Shown: one piece after another, positions 1-6,479 of the stretch
Layout: every line of letters begins with the position of its first letter
Numbering within the stretch: the first letter of the stretch is position 1
UHGV virus genome: UHGV-0332040
DNA: 14,032 nt
Direction: 5' to 3' (one strand)
Source: a virus
Made by a program: the position numbers and the translations under genes
The notes under the pieces: model-generated
Database searches by the model: none
Told to the model about the DNA's origin: nothing
The model's input: the letters and a program-made list of their open reading frames with translations, nothing else

Positions 1-1
1 A

Positions 2-415
2 TTAGTGCGCACTCATACGCGCCATGTTCAACACCTTCCGCACAGAGGTTTCAGACACGCCAACCTTACTTGCAATGTAACGATTCTTCTGGCCTTTTGC
101 AGAGCGCTCGATAATGTCAGCGCGTACTGCCTCAGTGATCACCTTGCGGGGTCTGGCTCGATTCTTCTCGTGCCGTTCACGTTCGCGCATCCGCTCGGCC
201 ATCTTCGGCGGCAGCACAGGGGAAAGCCCACGGCTAACGCCAGAGGTGCGGGTGTCGGACGTGGCAGCTCGGGCAACGATATAAACCACTTCGTCTGGAT
301 TGAAAACGTGCTGCACACGCTCAGGGTAAATGTGGTCGCATCTACCCAGCGGCAAGGCGAAATCCGGGCGCACGTCAGCGACACGCTCCACGGCATGGAA
401 ATTACAGGTACTCAT
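2..415 (-). CDS. DNA-binding protein with C-terminal helix-turn-helix (137 aa), function unknown
   Basis: Complete ORF with the stop at 2-4. A GAGG SD lies 6 nt upstream of the ATG at 415. The C-terminal segment RYIASKVGVSETSVRKVL looks like a resolvase/transposase-type HTH preceded by a basic RERERHEKNRARPRK stretch. The plus-strand ORF 5-418 is its antisense shadow. Confidence 0.6.
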   Translation of the reverse strand: MSTCNFHAVERVADVRPDFALPLGRCDHIYPERVQHVFNPDEVVYIVARAATSDTRTSGVSRGLSPVLPPKMAERMRERERHEKNRARPRKVITEAVRADIIERSAKGQKNRYIASKVGVSETSVRKVLNMARMSAH

Positions 416-554
416 TAGGAACCTCGGTTAATTAAAAACAGGCTTTTAGATGCCGCGCAGAATGCAGCTTGCGGGGACTCATGCGCTTAGATTGGTGTGG
501 TAGTACCGGGTTGGAGCGCACTCAGTCTTGCAGGGCGCATTCCACCGTTGGGCG

Positions 555-1241
555 TTAGCGACCAGCACGTTTGCCAGCGGAGCGCTGCGCAACCAGAGCG
601 CGGTATTGAATGTCGTACTGGCGATGGCCGGGGCCATACCCTGATTGCTGCGCCCACTGCGAAAGCTGATCATACGCTGCAATAAACTCAGCATGAGACA
701 TACCAACAGGTTGCGAGGCAGGCTGGCCGTATGGGTTCCCCTGTGATGGGACATAACCAGTCGCAGTGCCTGCGGCCATACGCTCTTGCAGATAATGAAC
801 CGCCCGCTGCATCTGCGCAGGGTCGCCAGACATAACCATCCGTTCAAGGGTTGATTGCGTCCCGGCGTCGAGCGTGCCAGCGTACTGCAACATCGCGTCA
901 ACTGTACCCTGCCCTAGCTGGCTTTCGACAGACTGGTGAAACTGCCCCATCAGCCCATGAAGTTCAGGAGTCAACTCAACAGTAGTGCCATCCTGTAATT
1001 GCAGTGTGTCGCCCACTTGTGCAGCAACATCAATCTGCTGGTCTTGCTGGTTGGCAAAGTTACTTTCGCTCCAGCTTTGATTAATGTTCGCTGGCTGCGT
1101 TTTCAGGAAATCAGCATCAGGTGTTGTCTGGTCGAATCGGCTAGCGCCGTTGTCAGCACCTACAGGTGCGGCCATGTACGGCGATTGCTGCGGCGCAGTA
1201 TCAGCGCCCGAAAGATATGGATTAACATTCTGGTCAGCCAT
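555..1241 (-). CDS. Hypothetical Q/N/D-rich acidic protein (228 aa)
   Basis: Long ORF in the same orientation as the operon. Its ATG lies 2 nt after the upstream stop (GCATAATCATG), and a GAGG sits about 10 nt upstream. I recognised no family motif. Confidence 0.6.
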   Translation of the reverse strand: MADQNVNPYLSGADTAPQQSPYMAAPVGADNGASRFDQTTPDADFLKTQPANINQSWSESNFANQQDQQIDVAAQVGDTLQLQDGTTVELTPELHGLMGQFHQSVESQLGQGTVDAMLQYAGTLDAGTQSTLERMVMSGDPAQMQRAVHYLQERMAAGTATGYVPSQGNPYGQPASQPVGMSHAEFIAAYDQLSQWAQQSGYGPGHRQYDIQYRALVAQRSAGKRAGR

Positions 1242-1243
1242 GA

Positions 1244-1483
1244 TTATGCAACCTCTTGTGATGTAACTCGGCGATGTGCCAGTTCAAGTAAAAGCATGTG
1301 TGCGTGTACGCAGCGTGGGGGAATCATCTTCTGACCGTGGTACGCCTTGCAGAGATCTTGTCTGTCAATTTGATACACACGAGCCAGATCGATTTGGCGT
1401 AGATTCAAGGCATCAGCAATGAATTTCAGTTGTTGCCCGCACTCCACCGCGCGGCGCGGCTCCATTAAAATGATGGTGCTCAT
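1244..1483 (-). CDS. Small HTH-like protein (79 aa)
   Basis: The start is trimmed to the ATG at 1483, which has GAGGA 7 nt upstream; the track ORF extends to 1525 without an RBS. The segment LNLRQIDLARVYQIDRQDLCKAYHG resembles an XRE/Cro-type HTH. Confidence 0.5.
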   Translation of the reverse strand: MSTIILMEPRRAVECGQQLKFIADALNLRQIDLARVYQIDRQDLCKAYHGQKMIPPRCVHAHMLLLELAHRRVTSQEVA

Positions 1484-1497
1484 GAAATAATCCTCAG

Positions 1498-1731
1498 TTA
1501 GATAAGGCCATGACGACGCAACCAACGTCGCTCGCCAACGGAGCCACGCGGTCGCTGCCTTGGGTTCTGGTTTGGTGCTTGGCCGGGATCAGTTCGTCCT
1601 TCCCCGGACAGGTTCTGTGTCAGCACATCCCAGCCGCGTGATTCAAACGGGGCGTATCCCTCGCGCTGTTCGTCAAGGTTCACATAGAGATCAGGGTTAA
1701 CGGCAGGGTGCAGCGGTTCGTTCTCTGCCAT
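1498..1731 (-). CDS. Hypothetical protein (77 aa)
   Basis: The ATG at 1731 overlaps the stop of the upstream gene (TGATG). It is co-oriented with the operon, and the next gene's SD lies in the 14-nt gap downstream. No recognisable motif. Confidence 0.45.
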   Translation of the reverse strand: MAENEPLHPAVNPDLYVNLDEQREGYAPFESRGWDVLTQNLSGEGRTDPGQAPNQNPRQRPRGSVGERRWLRRHGLI

Positions 1732-2291
1732 CACTTAGCCCCGAATCGCGTGTTAACATCTTCCAAAATATCGGGGTAGCTCCAGCGGTTACGCATCAGG
1801 CGCAGGACATGAGCAACAGCCTCAACAGAGATCCCAAGCTCTCCAGCGATCTCGGTTTGTTTCCAGCCGAAGCGCTCCAGCTTGTGCATCTGATCGAGGT
1901 CGGCGCTCAACAGGCGGCGCATCGTCTGAGGTTTCTCAGGCTTCGCTTTAACAGCTTTCGGCATCGGGTGGGTGTGGGCGTTGCTAAAGCGGGAATGTGC
2001 GATAGCCAGCACAGTCTCAGGGCGAATCAGCATATCGCGGGCAATCATAAACTCTGTATCGCGGTGCAGCTTGCCGGGCTTATAGCGGCTGCGGATGGCG
2101 TTGTACTCCGCCAGAGTGATATCAGCATCGTCTTTCCAATTTTCGGCCAAGTCATCGACATAGACGCCACGGATTACAGCATCAATATCGGTCAGGGTAT
2201 GACCTGTCTCCGCTGCAATCTCTTCATTGTTCTTTAGGTGCTTATGAGCCAGCGTGTTAATGCGCTGGATATCGGTAATGCTCAAAGTCAT
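1731..2291 (-). CDS. Putative DNA-binding protein with two HTH-like segments (186 aa)
   Basis: ATGA overlap with the upstream 58-codon ORF, and GGAG 8 nt upstream. The C-terminal WKQTEIAGELGISVEAVAHVLRL resembles a sigma-70 region 4 / LuxR-type HTH. The N-terminal NEEIAAETGHTLTDIDAVIRG is a second HTH-like stretch. Confidence 0.65.
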   Translation of the reverse strand: MTLSITDIQRINTLAHKHLKNNEEIAAETGHTLTDIDAVIRGVYVDDLAENWKDDADITLAEYNAIRSRYKPGKLHRDTEFMIARDMLIRPETVLAIAHSRFSNAHTHPMPKAVKAKPEKPQTMRRLLSADLDQMHKLERFGWKQTEIAGELGISVEAVAHVLRLMRNRWSYPDILEDVNTRFGAK

Positions 2292-2464
2292 ACATTAAAC
2301 TCCGAATCAAAATTGATCTGGTCAGTAACCAGCGAATGAATCAGCGCAAGGCTGGATGCGGTATGTGTGCCCGACTTGCGGGCGTTGTCGTACATGAAGC
2401 GGGCTACACGTTGATATTTCTCCGGCAGCGTGGCGAACCATTGCCGGAACTGTTCGGGGGTCAT
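2288..2464 (-). CDS. Small hypothetical protein (58 aa), absent from the ORF track because it is shorter than 60 aa
   Basis: Hand translation gives MTPEQFRQWFATLPEKYQRVARFMYDNARKSGTHTASSLALIHSLVTDQINFDSEFNV. It has ATGA overlaps at both ends (2461-2464 and 2288-2291). GGAGG lies about 10 nt upstream. It fills an otherwise unexplained gap in a tightly packed operon. Confidence 0.5.
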   Translation of the reverse strand: MTPEQFRQWFATLPEKYQRVARFMYDNARKSGTHTASSLALIHSLVTDQINFDSEFNV

Positions 2465-2670
2465 TGGTCGTCATCCTCCGGGAACACGTTGTTAAAGGTT
2501 GTATCAGGCGAGTCGGCGGCGTTCTGCTTGAGGAAGTTCACGCAGGATGACAACTCGGCAGCAGCCATGCGTGACTCTCCCGCCTCGTCCTCCTTAAGCC
2601 TGCGCGTCAACGCACCCAGCAGCAGGGTTTTTAGTTCCCATGCTCCGGCTTCAAATTCAGATTTCGTCAT
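2461..2670 (-). CDS. Small acidic hypothetical protein (69 aa)
   Basis: ATGA overlap with the upstream gene at 2667-2670, and GGAG about 10 nt upstream. There is a faint by-eye resemblance to small T7 gp18-like proteins (AAELSSCVNFLKQN versus PQLYNAINKLLDRH). That is not enough to name the product. Confidence 0.5.
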   Translation of the reverse strand: MTKSEFEAGAWELKTLLLGALTRRLKEDEAGESRMAAAELSSCVNFLKQNAADSPDTTFNNVFPEDDDQ

Positions 2671-3098
2671 TGGTGGTTATCTCCAGTTAGTCCCATTGCA
2701 CGCAAGTGTTGAATGACCTCGGCATGTACTGGTTTTGGTAAAAACAGGCGACGCTGCACGGATTGAAGTATCTCGTCGCGCGTCTTGTCGGCAGGGTGAA
2801 CAGTCCCATTAAAGACCTCACGAGCCATGCGATAGGTCGGCCAAAGGCGAGCGCCATCCTCCCTGCGACGGAATCTATTCAGCACAGCGGCCAGACACTC
2901 CCACGGCTCACAGTTATTGAGCAGGCAATACCGCTGTAGCGGTGTCGTTGCCCGGCGCATGATGGCTTCACGATTAAGGGTCTGAATATGACGTTCGGCC
3001 AGTCCGTCGAATGAATAGCCGTTCAAAGCAAAGGCGAGCTGCGCATTAAGCAGGGCGTCAGAACGCCCCGCACGATGCAGTGCGGTTTCATCAGGCAT
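2667..3098 (-). CDS. Hypothetical protein (143 aa)
   Basis: ORF with GGAG 8 nt upstream of the ATG at 3098. It is co-oriented with the operon and coupled to the downstream gene. No family motif recognised. Confidence 0.6.
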   Translation of the reverse strand: MPDETALHRAGRSDALLNAQLAFALNGYSFDGLAERHIQTLNREAIMRRATTPLQRYCLLNNCEPWECLAAVLNRFRRREDGARLWPTYRMAREVFNGTVHPADKTRDEILQSVQRRLFLPKPVHAEVIQHLRAMGLTGDNHQ

Positions 3099-3141
3099 AA
3101 GGATTCTCCAGAAAGGAATTTAAACAGGCGAGCTGGTCAGC

Positions 3142-5031
3142 TCAGAGGAAGCGGGAGATGTAACCCCAATTGCAGTTTTCAGGGCGGTACAACGCTGCCA
3201 GCTCATCAGGTACACCGGACGGCACCGGGGCAGAGTCGGCGTCATAGGTGATGGGGTCGCCATACAGAGCCAACGATGACCACAGCAGAAAAGCACGGGC
3301 AGGTTGACCGTCACGCCCGGCACGTCCGATCATCTGAACTAAATCGGGCAGGTCTTCGGGAACATAAGTGACAATTACGTTACGCACGCCAGAGATATCA
3401 GCCCCCAGCCCGAAGGCTTTAGTAGCAATCAGAACCGCGCCGGGCGTGCTGGCAAACCACGCAGCGTTAGCGTGACGCTGGTCGCGGCTCAGTCGCTCAA
3501 CGTCAGAATGGTAAGGCCGGGCGCGGTCTCCCAGTTCGTTGAGATACGCATACAGCATCTTGATACTGTCCACCATCACCAGCGTCTTCTCATCCAGCGG
3601 GAGGGCATCGACCAGACCAACGGCAGCCCGGCGCGTAGTTGCGCACTGCTGAACAGGAATAAGCTGGATGTTTTCACGGGCAGCACTGGCGCGGTAGGTG
3701 AGGAACTCGCCACGACAGCCAAGCTCTTTCATCAAGCCAGACTCATCACCTTTTCGCAGGGTCGCAGTAAACGCGCACCGCTGAGCATCCGGGAAGGCAT
3801 TTTTCAGGGTGTGTTTCATTGCAGGGAAAGCGTCCCGGAACTCCCATTCATCAACGGTATGAACCTCGTCAATGATAAATCTGTCCACACCAGCGGCCAT
3901 CAGCGCAGCCAGCACCTGATTGCCCGGCACCAGATGCTCAGGTGAAACTACGGCAACGTGGAAAGCGCCAGCAGCCAACCCCGCAAGCTGTTGCGCATTG
4001 CGTCGCCTCGGCAGCTTGTCGCCAAAGGCAACAGCGTGAACGCCAGTTTCTAGCAACTGCTGTAACACCTGCTGCTTGATGGTGTTTGTAGGCACAACAA
4101 TAACGGTCAGACCGTCATCAGAATCAGATTCAAATTGCAGGGCATAGGTGAATGCAGCCGTCTTTCCGTACCCGGTTGGCAGTACGGCCAATACATCGCG
4201 GTCACGGGCAAATACGGCGGCAGCTACGTCCTGCTGGCCGGGTCTCCAGTCTCTGCCATCTAGCGGTGGTAACGGTACGAATGCCGGGCGGTCGCATTGC
4301 TCCAGCTCGCGGAACCTGTACGGCGCGGTAACCAGCGGCGGGATGGACGGCGGCAGGCCAGCACCCCCAACGTCACAATGCAGATTCAGCGTATTGAATT
4401 TATCATCCGTGGGTTTCAGCTCACCGCACCACAACTGACGGAAAGCCGGGCAGTCACCCAGTCGCGTAAAGTCAGCATGGCGCATAGCTTCCAGCTTGCT
4501 CATGCCGCGACTGATACGACGCACGATCTTCTCATCGCAAATCAGAAACTCACGGCAGGCTTTGAGGAAGGCATTCTGCCCGGTTGTCGCTTCCGGGATG
4601 GAGTGCTCGCGCGGTTTAAGCGCAGCGTCATCAACGCGAACGCCGGGGAAATCTGGCGGCAGCGGCTCGGCGTACCGGGCAGGCTTTTTGTTTAGCCACA
4701 TCTCCAGCTCAGCGCGGCGGCAGTGGATTGCATCGCCCGGCTGGATAATCTGGCGCAACCCGGCATCAGCGCGGCGGGAATGTCGCTTGCGGCCAATTCC
4801 ATTCGCCTCTTTCCATTCACGGAACGACATAACTGAACCATCTGCATTGTAGAAATACTGCCCGGAAACGGTGTTAAGCGCTGCCTTCACTGGTCGCTGT
4901 TTAACAGGGCATAACTTGGAATGAGGTATAACGATCTTATCCGCAACCAGTTGCTGAGCATCCGCAGGCTCGGTGTTCAGCGGTTCGGCGTCAGCGGCCA
5001 GCGTAAGCAAGCGGTTTAAATTGGTTGGCAT
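3142..5031 (-). CDS. RecQ-family SF2 DNA helicase with an unassigned ~260-aa N-terminal domain (629 aa)
   Basis: Helicase motifs run in order: WRPGQQ (Q-motif-like), LPTGYGKT (motif I), IIDEVH (motif II, DExH) and FTATL (motif III). The end YHSD...LIATKAFGLGADISGVRNVIVTYVPEDLPDLVQMIGRAGRDG matches RecQ motifs V/VI (GRAGRDG). GGAG lies 9 nt upstream of the ATG at 5031. Confidence 0.85.
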   Translation of the reverse strand: MPTNLNRLLTLAADAEPLNTEPADAQQLVADKIVIPHSKLCPVKQRPVKAALNTVSGQYFYNADGSVMSFREWKEANGIGRKRHSRRADAGLRQIIQPGDAIHCRRAELEMWLNKKPARYAEPLPPDFPGVRVDDAALKPREHSIPEATTGQNAFLKACREFLICDEKIVRRISRGMSKLEAMRHADFTRLGDCPAFRQLWCGELKPTDDKFNTLNLHCDVGGAGLPPSIPPLVTAPYRFRELEQCDRPAFVPLPPLDGRDWRPGQQDVAAAVFARDRDVLAVLPTGYGKTAAFTYALQFESDSDDGLTVIVVPTNTIKQQVLQQLLETGVHAVAFGDKLPRRRNAQQLAGLAAGAFHVAVVSPEHLVPGNQVLAALMAAGVDRFIIDEVHTVDEWEFRDAFPAMKHTLKNAFPDAQRCAFTATLRKGDESGLMKELGCRGEFLTYRASAARENIQLIPVQQCATTRRAAVGLVDALPLDEKTLVMVDSIKMLYAYLNELGDRARPYHSDVERLSRDQRHANAAWFASTPGAVLIATKAFGLGADISGVRNVIVTYVPEDLPDLVQMIGRAGRDGQPARAFLLWSSLALYGDPITYDADSAPVPSGVPDELAALYRPENCNWGYISRFL

Positions 5032-5052
5032 GGTGCAAACTCCAGAGAAGGA

Positions 5053-5490
5053 TTAAATACTACGCGCCCAAGCTAAATCTTCGGGTGTCCGACTTTCGAT
5101 TAACGCTAACTGCCAGCGTAAGTAATCCTCATGTTCTTTGGTGTATCGGGGAATACCTATAGGATTTTTCACAGCGTCCGGGTTAGTCCTCGCGACTTCC
5201 CTGCAATCTCGGTCGAAAGCCCAGCGGGCAACTTCCACCGATTCGTAATCCGTAAATCGGTACGGCCTTGTGCGGGAACGTACACGCCAGACAACTTGCC
5301 CTAATTCGTGGATGTATATGCCGCAAAGTTCATCCGGGCTTGGGTGATACAATGGCTCCCCATAATTCTGGCGCATGAACTTCACAAACTTTTGATTGCG
5401 GCGGGCACGCCGTGCTTTTTCGCGTCGCTCCTCGGCTTCATACTCTTTTTGAATGGCGGCACGGTCTACCGGGATAAGTGTTTTGCTCAT
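5053..5490 (-). CDS. Hypothetical protein (145 aa), first gene of the helicase operon
   Basis: The start is trimmed to the ATG at 5490 (MSKTLIPVD...), which has GGAG about 8 nt upstream. The track ORF extension to 5667 runs through the iteron-like repeats and has no RBS. Basic EERREKARRARRNQK stretch; no family recognised. Confidence 0.6.
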   Translation of the reverse strand: MSKTLIPVDRAAIQKEYEAEERREKARRARRNQKFVKFMRQNYGEPLYHPSPDELCGIYIHELGQVVWRVRSRTRPYRFTDYESVEVARWAFDRDCREVARTNPDAVKNPIGIPRYTKEHEDYLRWQLALIESRTPEDLAWARSI

Positions 5491-5560
5491 ACAGTGATCT
5501 CCAGAAATTAATGTGAGTTTGGAACGGGGCGCAGGACGGAAGCGCCGGGAGTGTGGCAGT

Positions 5561-5914
5561 CTGTCCTCCTTAGTAGTTACCATCATTGCAATGGCGTCGG
5601 AGTTCTGTCTCTCTTTAGTAGTGATCTTCATCCAGTAATTTGGATTAAATGCAGACACGGCGGGCATTGCAGCGAGATGGAGAGTAGGCGGGCTTGCGGT
5701 TTCAGTCTGCCTTAGTACAAGTTTCTAGTGGTCGGTAGCCTTTCCCTTATTAGTAGCTCTCATTTATCCGGGGCTTGTCTTCCCACACAGTAGCCGTCTT
5801 CTAAAGCAACCACACCACAATCCACTACTGGCAAGGAGTTAGCAGACACGGTGATGTAGGCTACTCAAGTGTGGATTTGTAGGCGTTTTATAGTATCTGT
5901 CCTTCTTATTAGAC
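5561..5914. repeat. Array of six degenerate iteron-like repeats (plus-strand consensus about CTGTCYTCYTTAGTAG)
   Basis: Copies lie at 5561-5576, 5605-5621, 5705-5718, 5739-5756, 5774-5793 and 5897-5914, all in the same orientation. Three are spaced about 35 bp apart. A second perfect 10-mer, GCAGACACGG, occurs at 5651-5660 and 5842-5851. Confidence 0.6.
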
Positions 5915-5980
5915 ACCTTTAAATTTCATTAATAAATACAGTTAGTTAAACGGTTATCTTTATTACTTATAAATTTCACA

Positions 5981-6002
5981 GATCAATAAATTAAAATTGA
6001 TC
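5981..6002. repeat. Perfect 7-bp inverted repeat carrying two GATC sites (GATCAAT-N8-ATTGATC) inside an AT-rich block
   Basis: Read directly from the sequence. The surrounding region, about 5915-6050, is strongly AT-rich by eye. Confidence 0.7.
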
Positions 6003-6015
6003 GGAATTATCAGCT

Positions 6016-6044
6016 TTAATTTTCTTGACAGCTATTTGTATAAT
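6016..6044 (+). promoter_or_regulatory. Candidate sigma-70 promoter (perfect -10 TATAAT at 6039-6044, weak -35 TTAATT at 6016-6021)
   Basis: The TATAAT is preceded by TG at 6037-6038 in an AT-rich context. The TTGACA at 6025-6030 is only 8 bp from the -10, so it cannot be its -35. No plus-strand ORF lies downstream. Confidence 0.3.
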
Positions 6045-6050
6045 GGTTTT

Positions 6051-6190
6051 AAGAAGTTGTATCGGAGTGAGCGACTGGCAGTGAGCGTAGCGAACGATAA
6101 GCCAGTCGGCGAAGAACGAAGAGTATGAGATGACTTGTCATCGAATACGATGAGTGATTGAGCGGTACGAACGGAGATACGCTGTATAAC
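6051..6190 (+). ncRNA. Candidate structured purine-rich RNA downstream of the TATAAT promoter
   Basis: Stop-rich, with no ORF on either strand apart from the low-complexity 64-aa track ORF on the minus strand. There is an 8-bp perfect stem CGACTGGC/GCCAGTCG (6072-6079 / 6101-6108). There is a near-palindromic hairpin at 6123-6148 and a possible closing helix GTATC/GATAC (6059-6063 / 6176-6180). The motifs GAGTGAGCG and CGAACGA repeat. Ends and strand are not established. Confidence 0.3.
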
Positions 6191-6222
6191 AGTTAGAACA
6201 GTTAACAAGCTGATTAATGCTT

Positions 6223-6387
6223 TCAATGATTATCTGAATCAGTGTTATCAATTCCGAAATAACTCTTCCTCTCCTGTATTGATTCAATCATTTCTTTCAT
6301 TTCAAGAATCACTACCAGCTCAGCTAATAACCGTCTCAGTTCAACATTTGAATCATTAGCACGACACTTATTTTCTGAGTATTCCAT
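6223..6387 (-). CDS. Small charged helical protein (54 aa), below the ORF-track cutoff
   Basis: Hand translation gives MEYSENKCRANDSNVELRRLLAELVVILEMKEMIESIQERKSYFGIDNTDSDNH. GGGAG lies 8 nt upstream of the ATG at 6387. A candidate promoter lies upstream. The gene is AT-rich, moron-like in composition. Confidence 0.45.
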   Translation of the reverse strand: MEYSENKCRANDSNVELRRLLAELVVILEMKEMIESIQERKSYFGIDNTDSDNH

Positions 6388-6432
6388 ACGGTCAACTCCC
6401 TACGGTATAAGTCCATTCCAATCCGTTCACAG

Positions 6433-6460
6433 ATTACATTGCTGAATGATCATCAGACAA
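6433..6460 (-). promoter_or_regulatory. Candidate sigma-70 promoter for the 54-codon ORF (TTGTCT-16 nt-TGTAAT) with a GATC-centred near-palindrome in the spacer
   Basis: On the minus strand the -35 is TTGTCT (6455-6460) and the -10 is TGTAAT (6433-6438). The spacer overlaps the near-palindrome CTGAATGATCATCAG (6442-6456). The motif GTGAACGGATTG (6419-6430) sits at the predicted transcription start. Confidence 0.35.
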
Positions 6461-6479
6461 GTGGCAGTCATCATCACCA

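Noticed and set aside
5-418. Plus-strand 137-aa ORF, and the nested minus-strand 85-aa ORF at 139-396
   Set aside because: These are mirror or alternate-frame shadows of the better-supported minus-strand gene 2-415, which has an SD and an HTH motif. They have no RBS and low-complexity products.
3472-4852. Several plus-strand ORFs (96-157 aa) inside the helicase gene
   Set aside because: They are antisense shadows of a gene with unambiguous helicase motifs, and have no independent support.
5491-5667. N-terminal 59-codon extension of the 5053-5667 ORF
   Set aside because: There is no SD at 5667. The extension runs through two iteron-like repeats. The internal ATG at 5490 has a well-spaced GGAG.
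6025-6044. Perfect TTGACA and perfect TATAAT close together
   Set aside because: They are only 8 bp apart, so they cannot be the -35 and -10 of one sigma-70 promoter. Only the TATAAT, with a weak upstream -35, is kept as a low-confidence promoter.
6442-6462. CUGAUGA on the minus strand (hammerhead ribozyme core?)
   Set aside because: No following stem II plus GAAA, and no stems I or III, could be built. The sequence is better explained as a GATC-centred palindromic operator.
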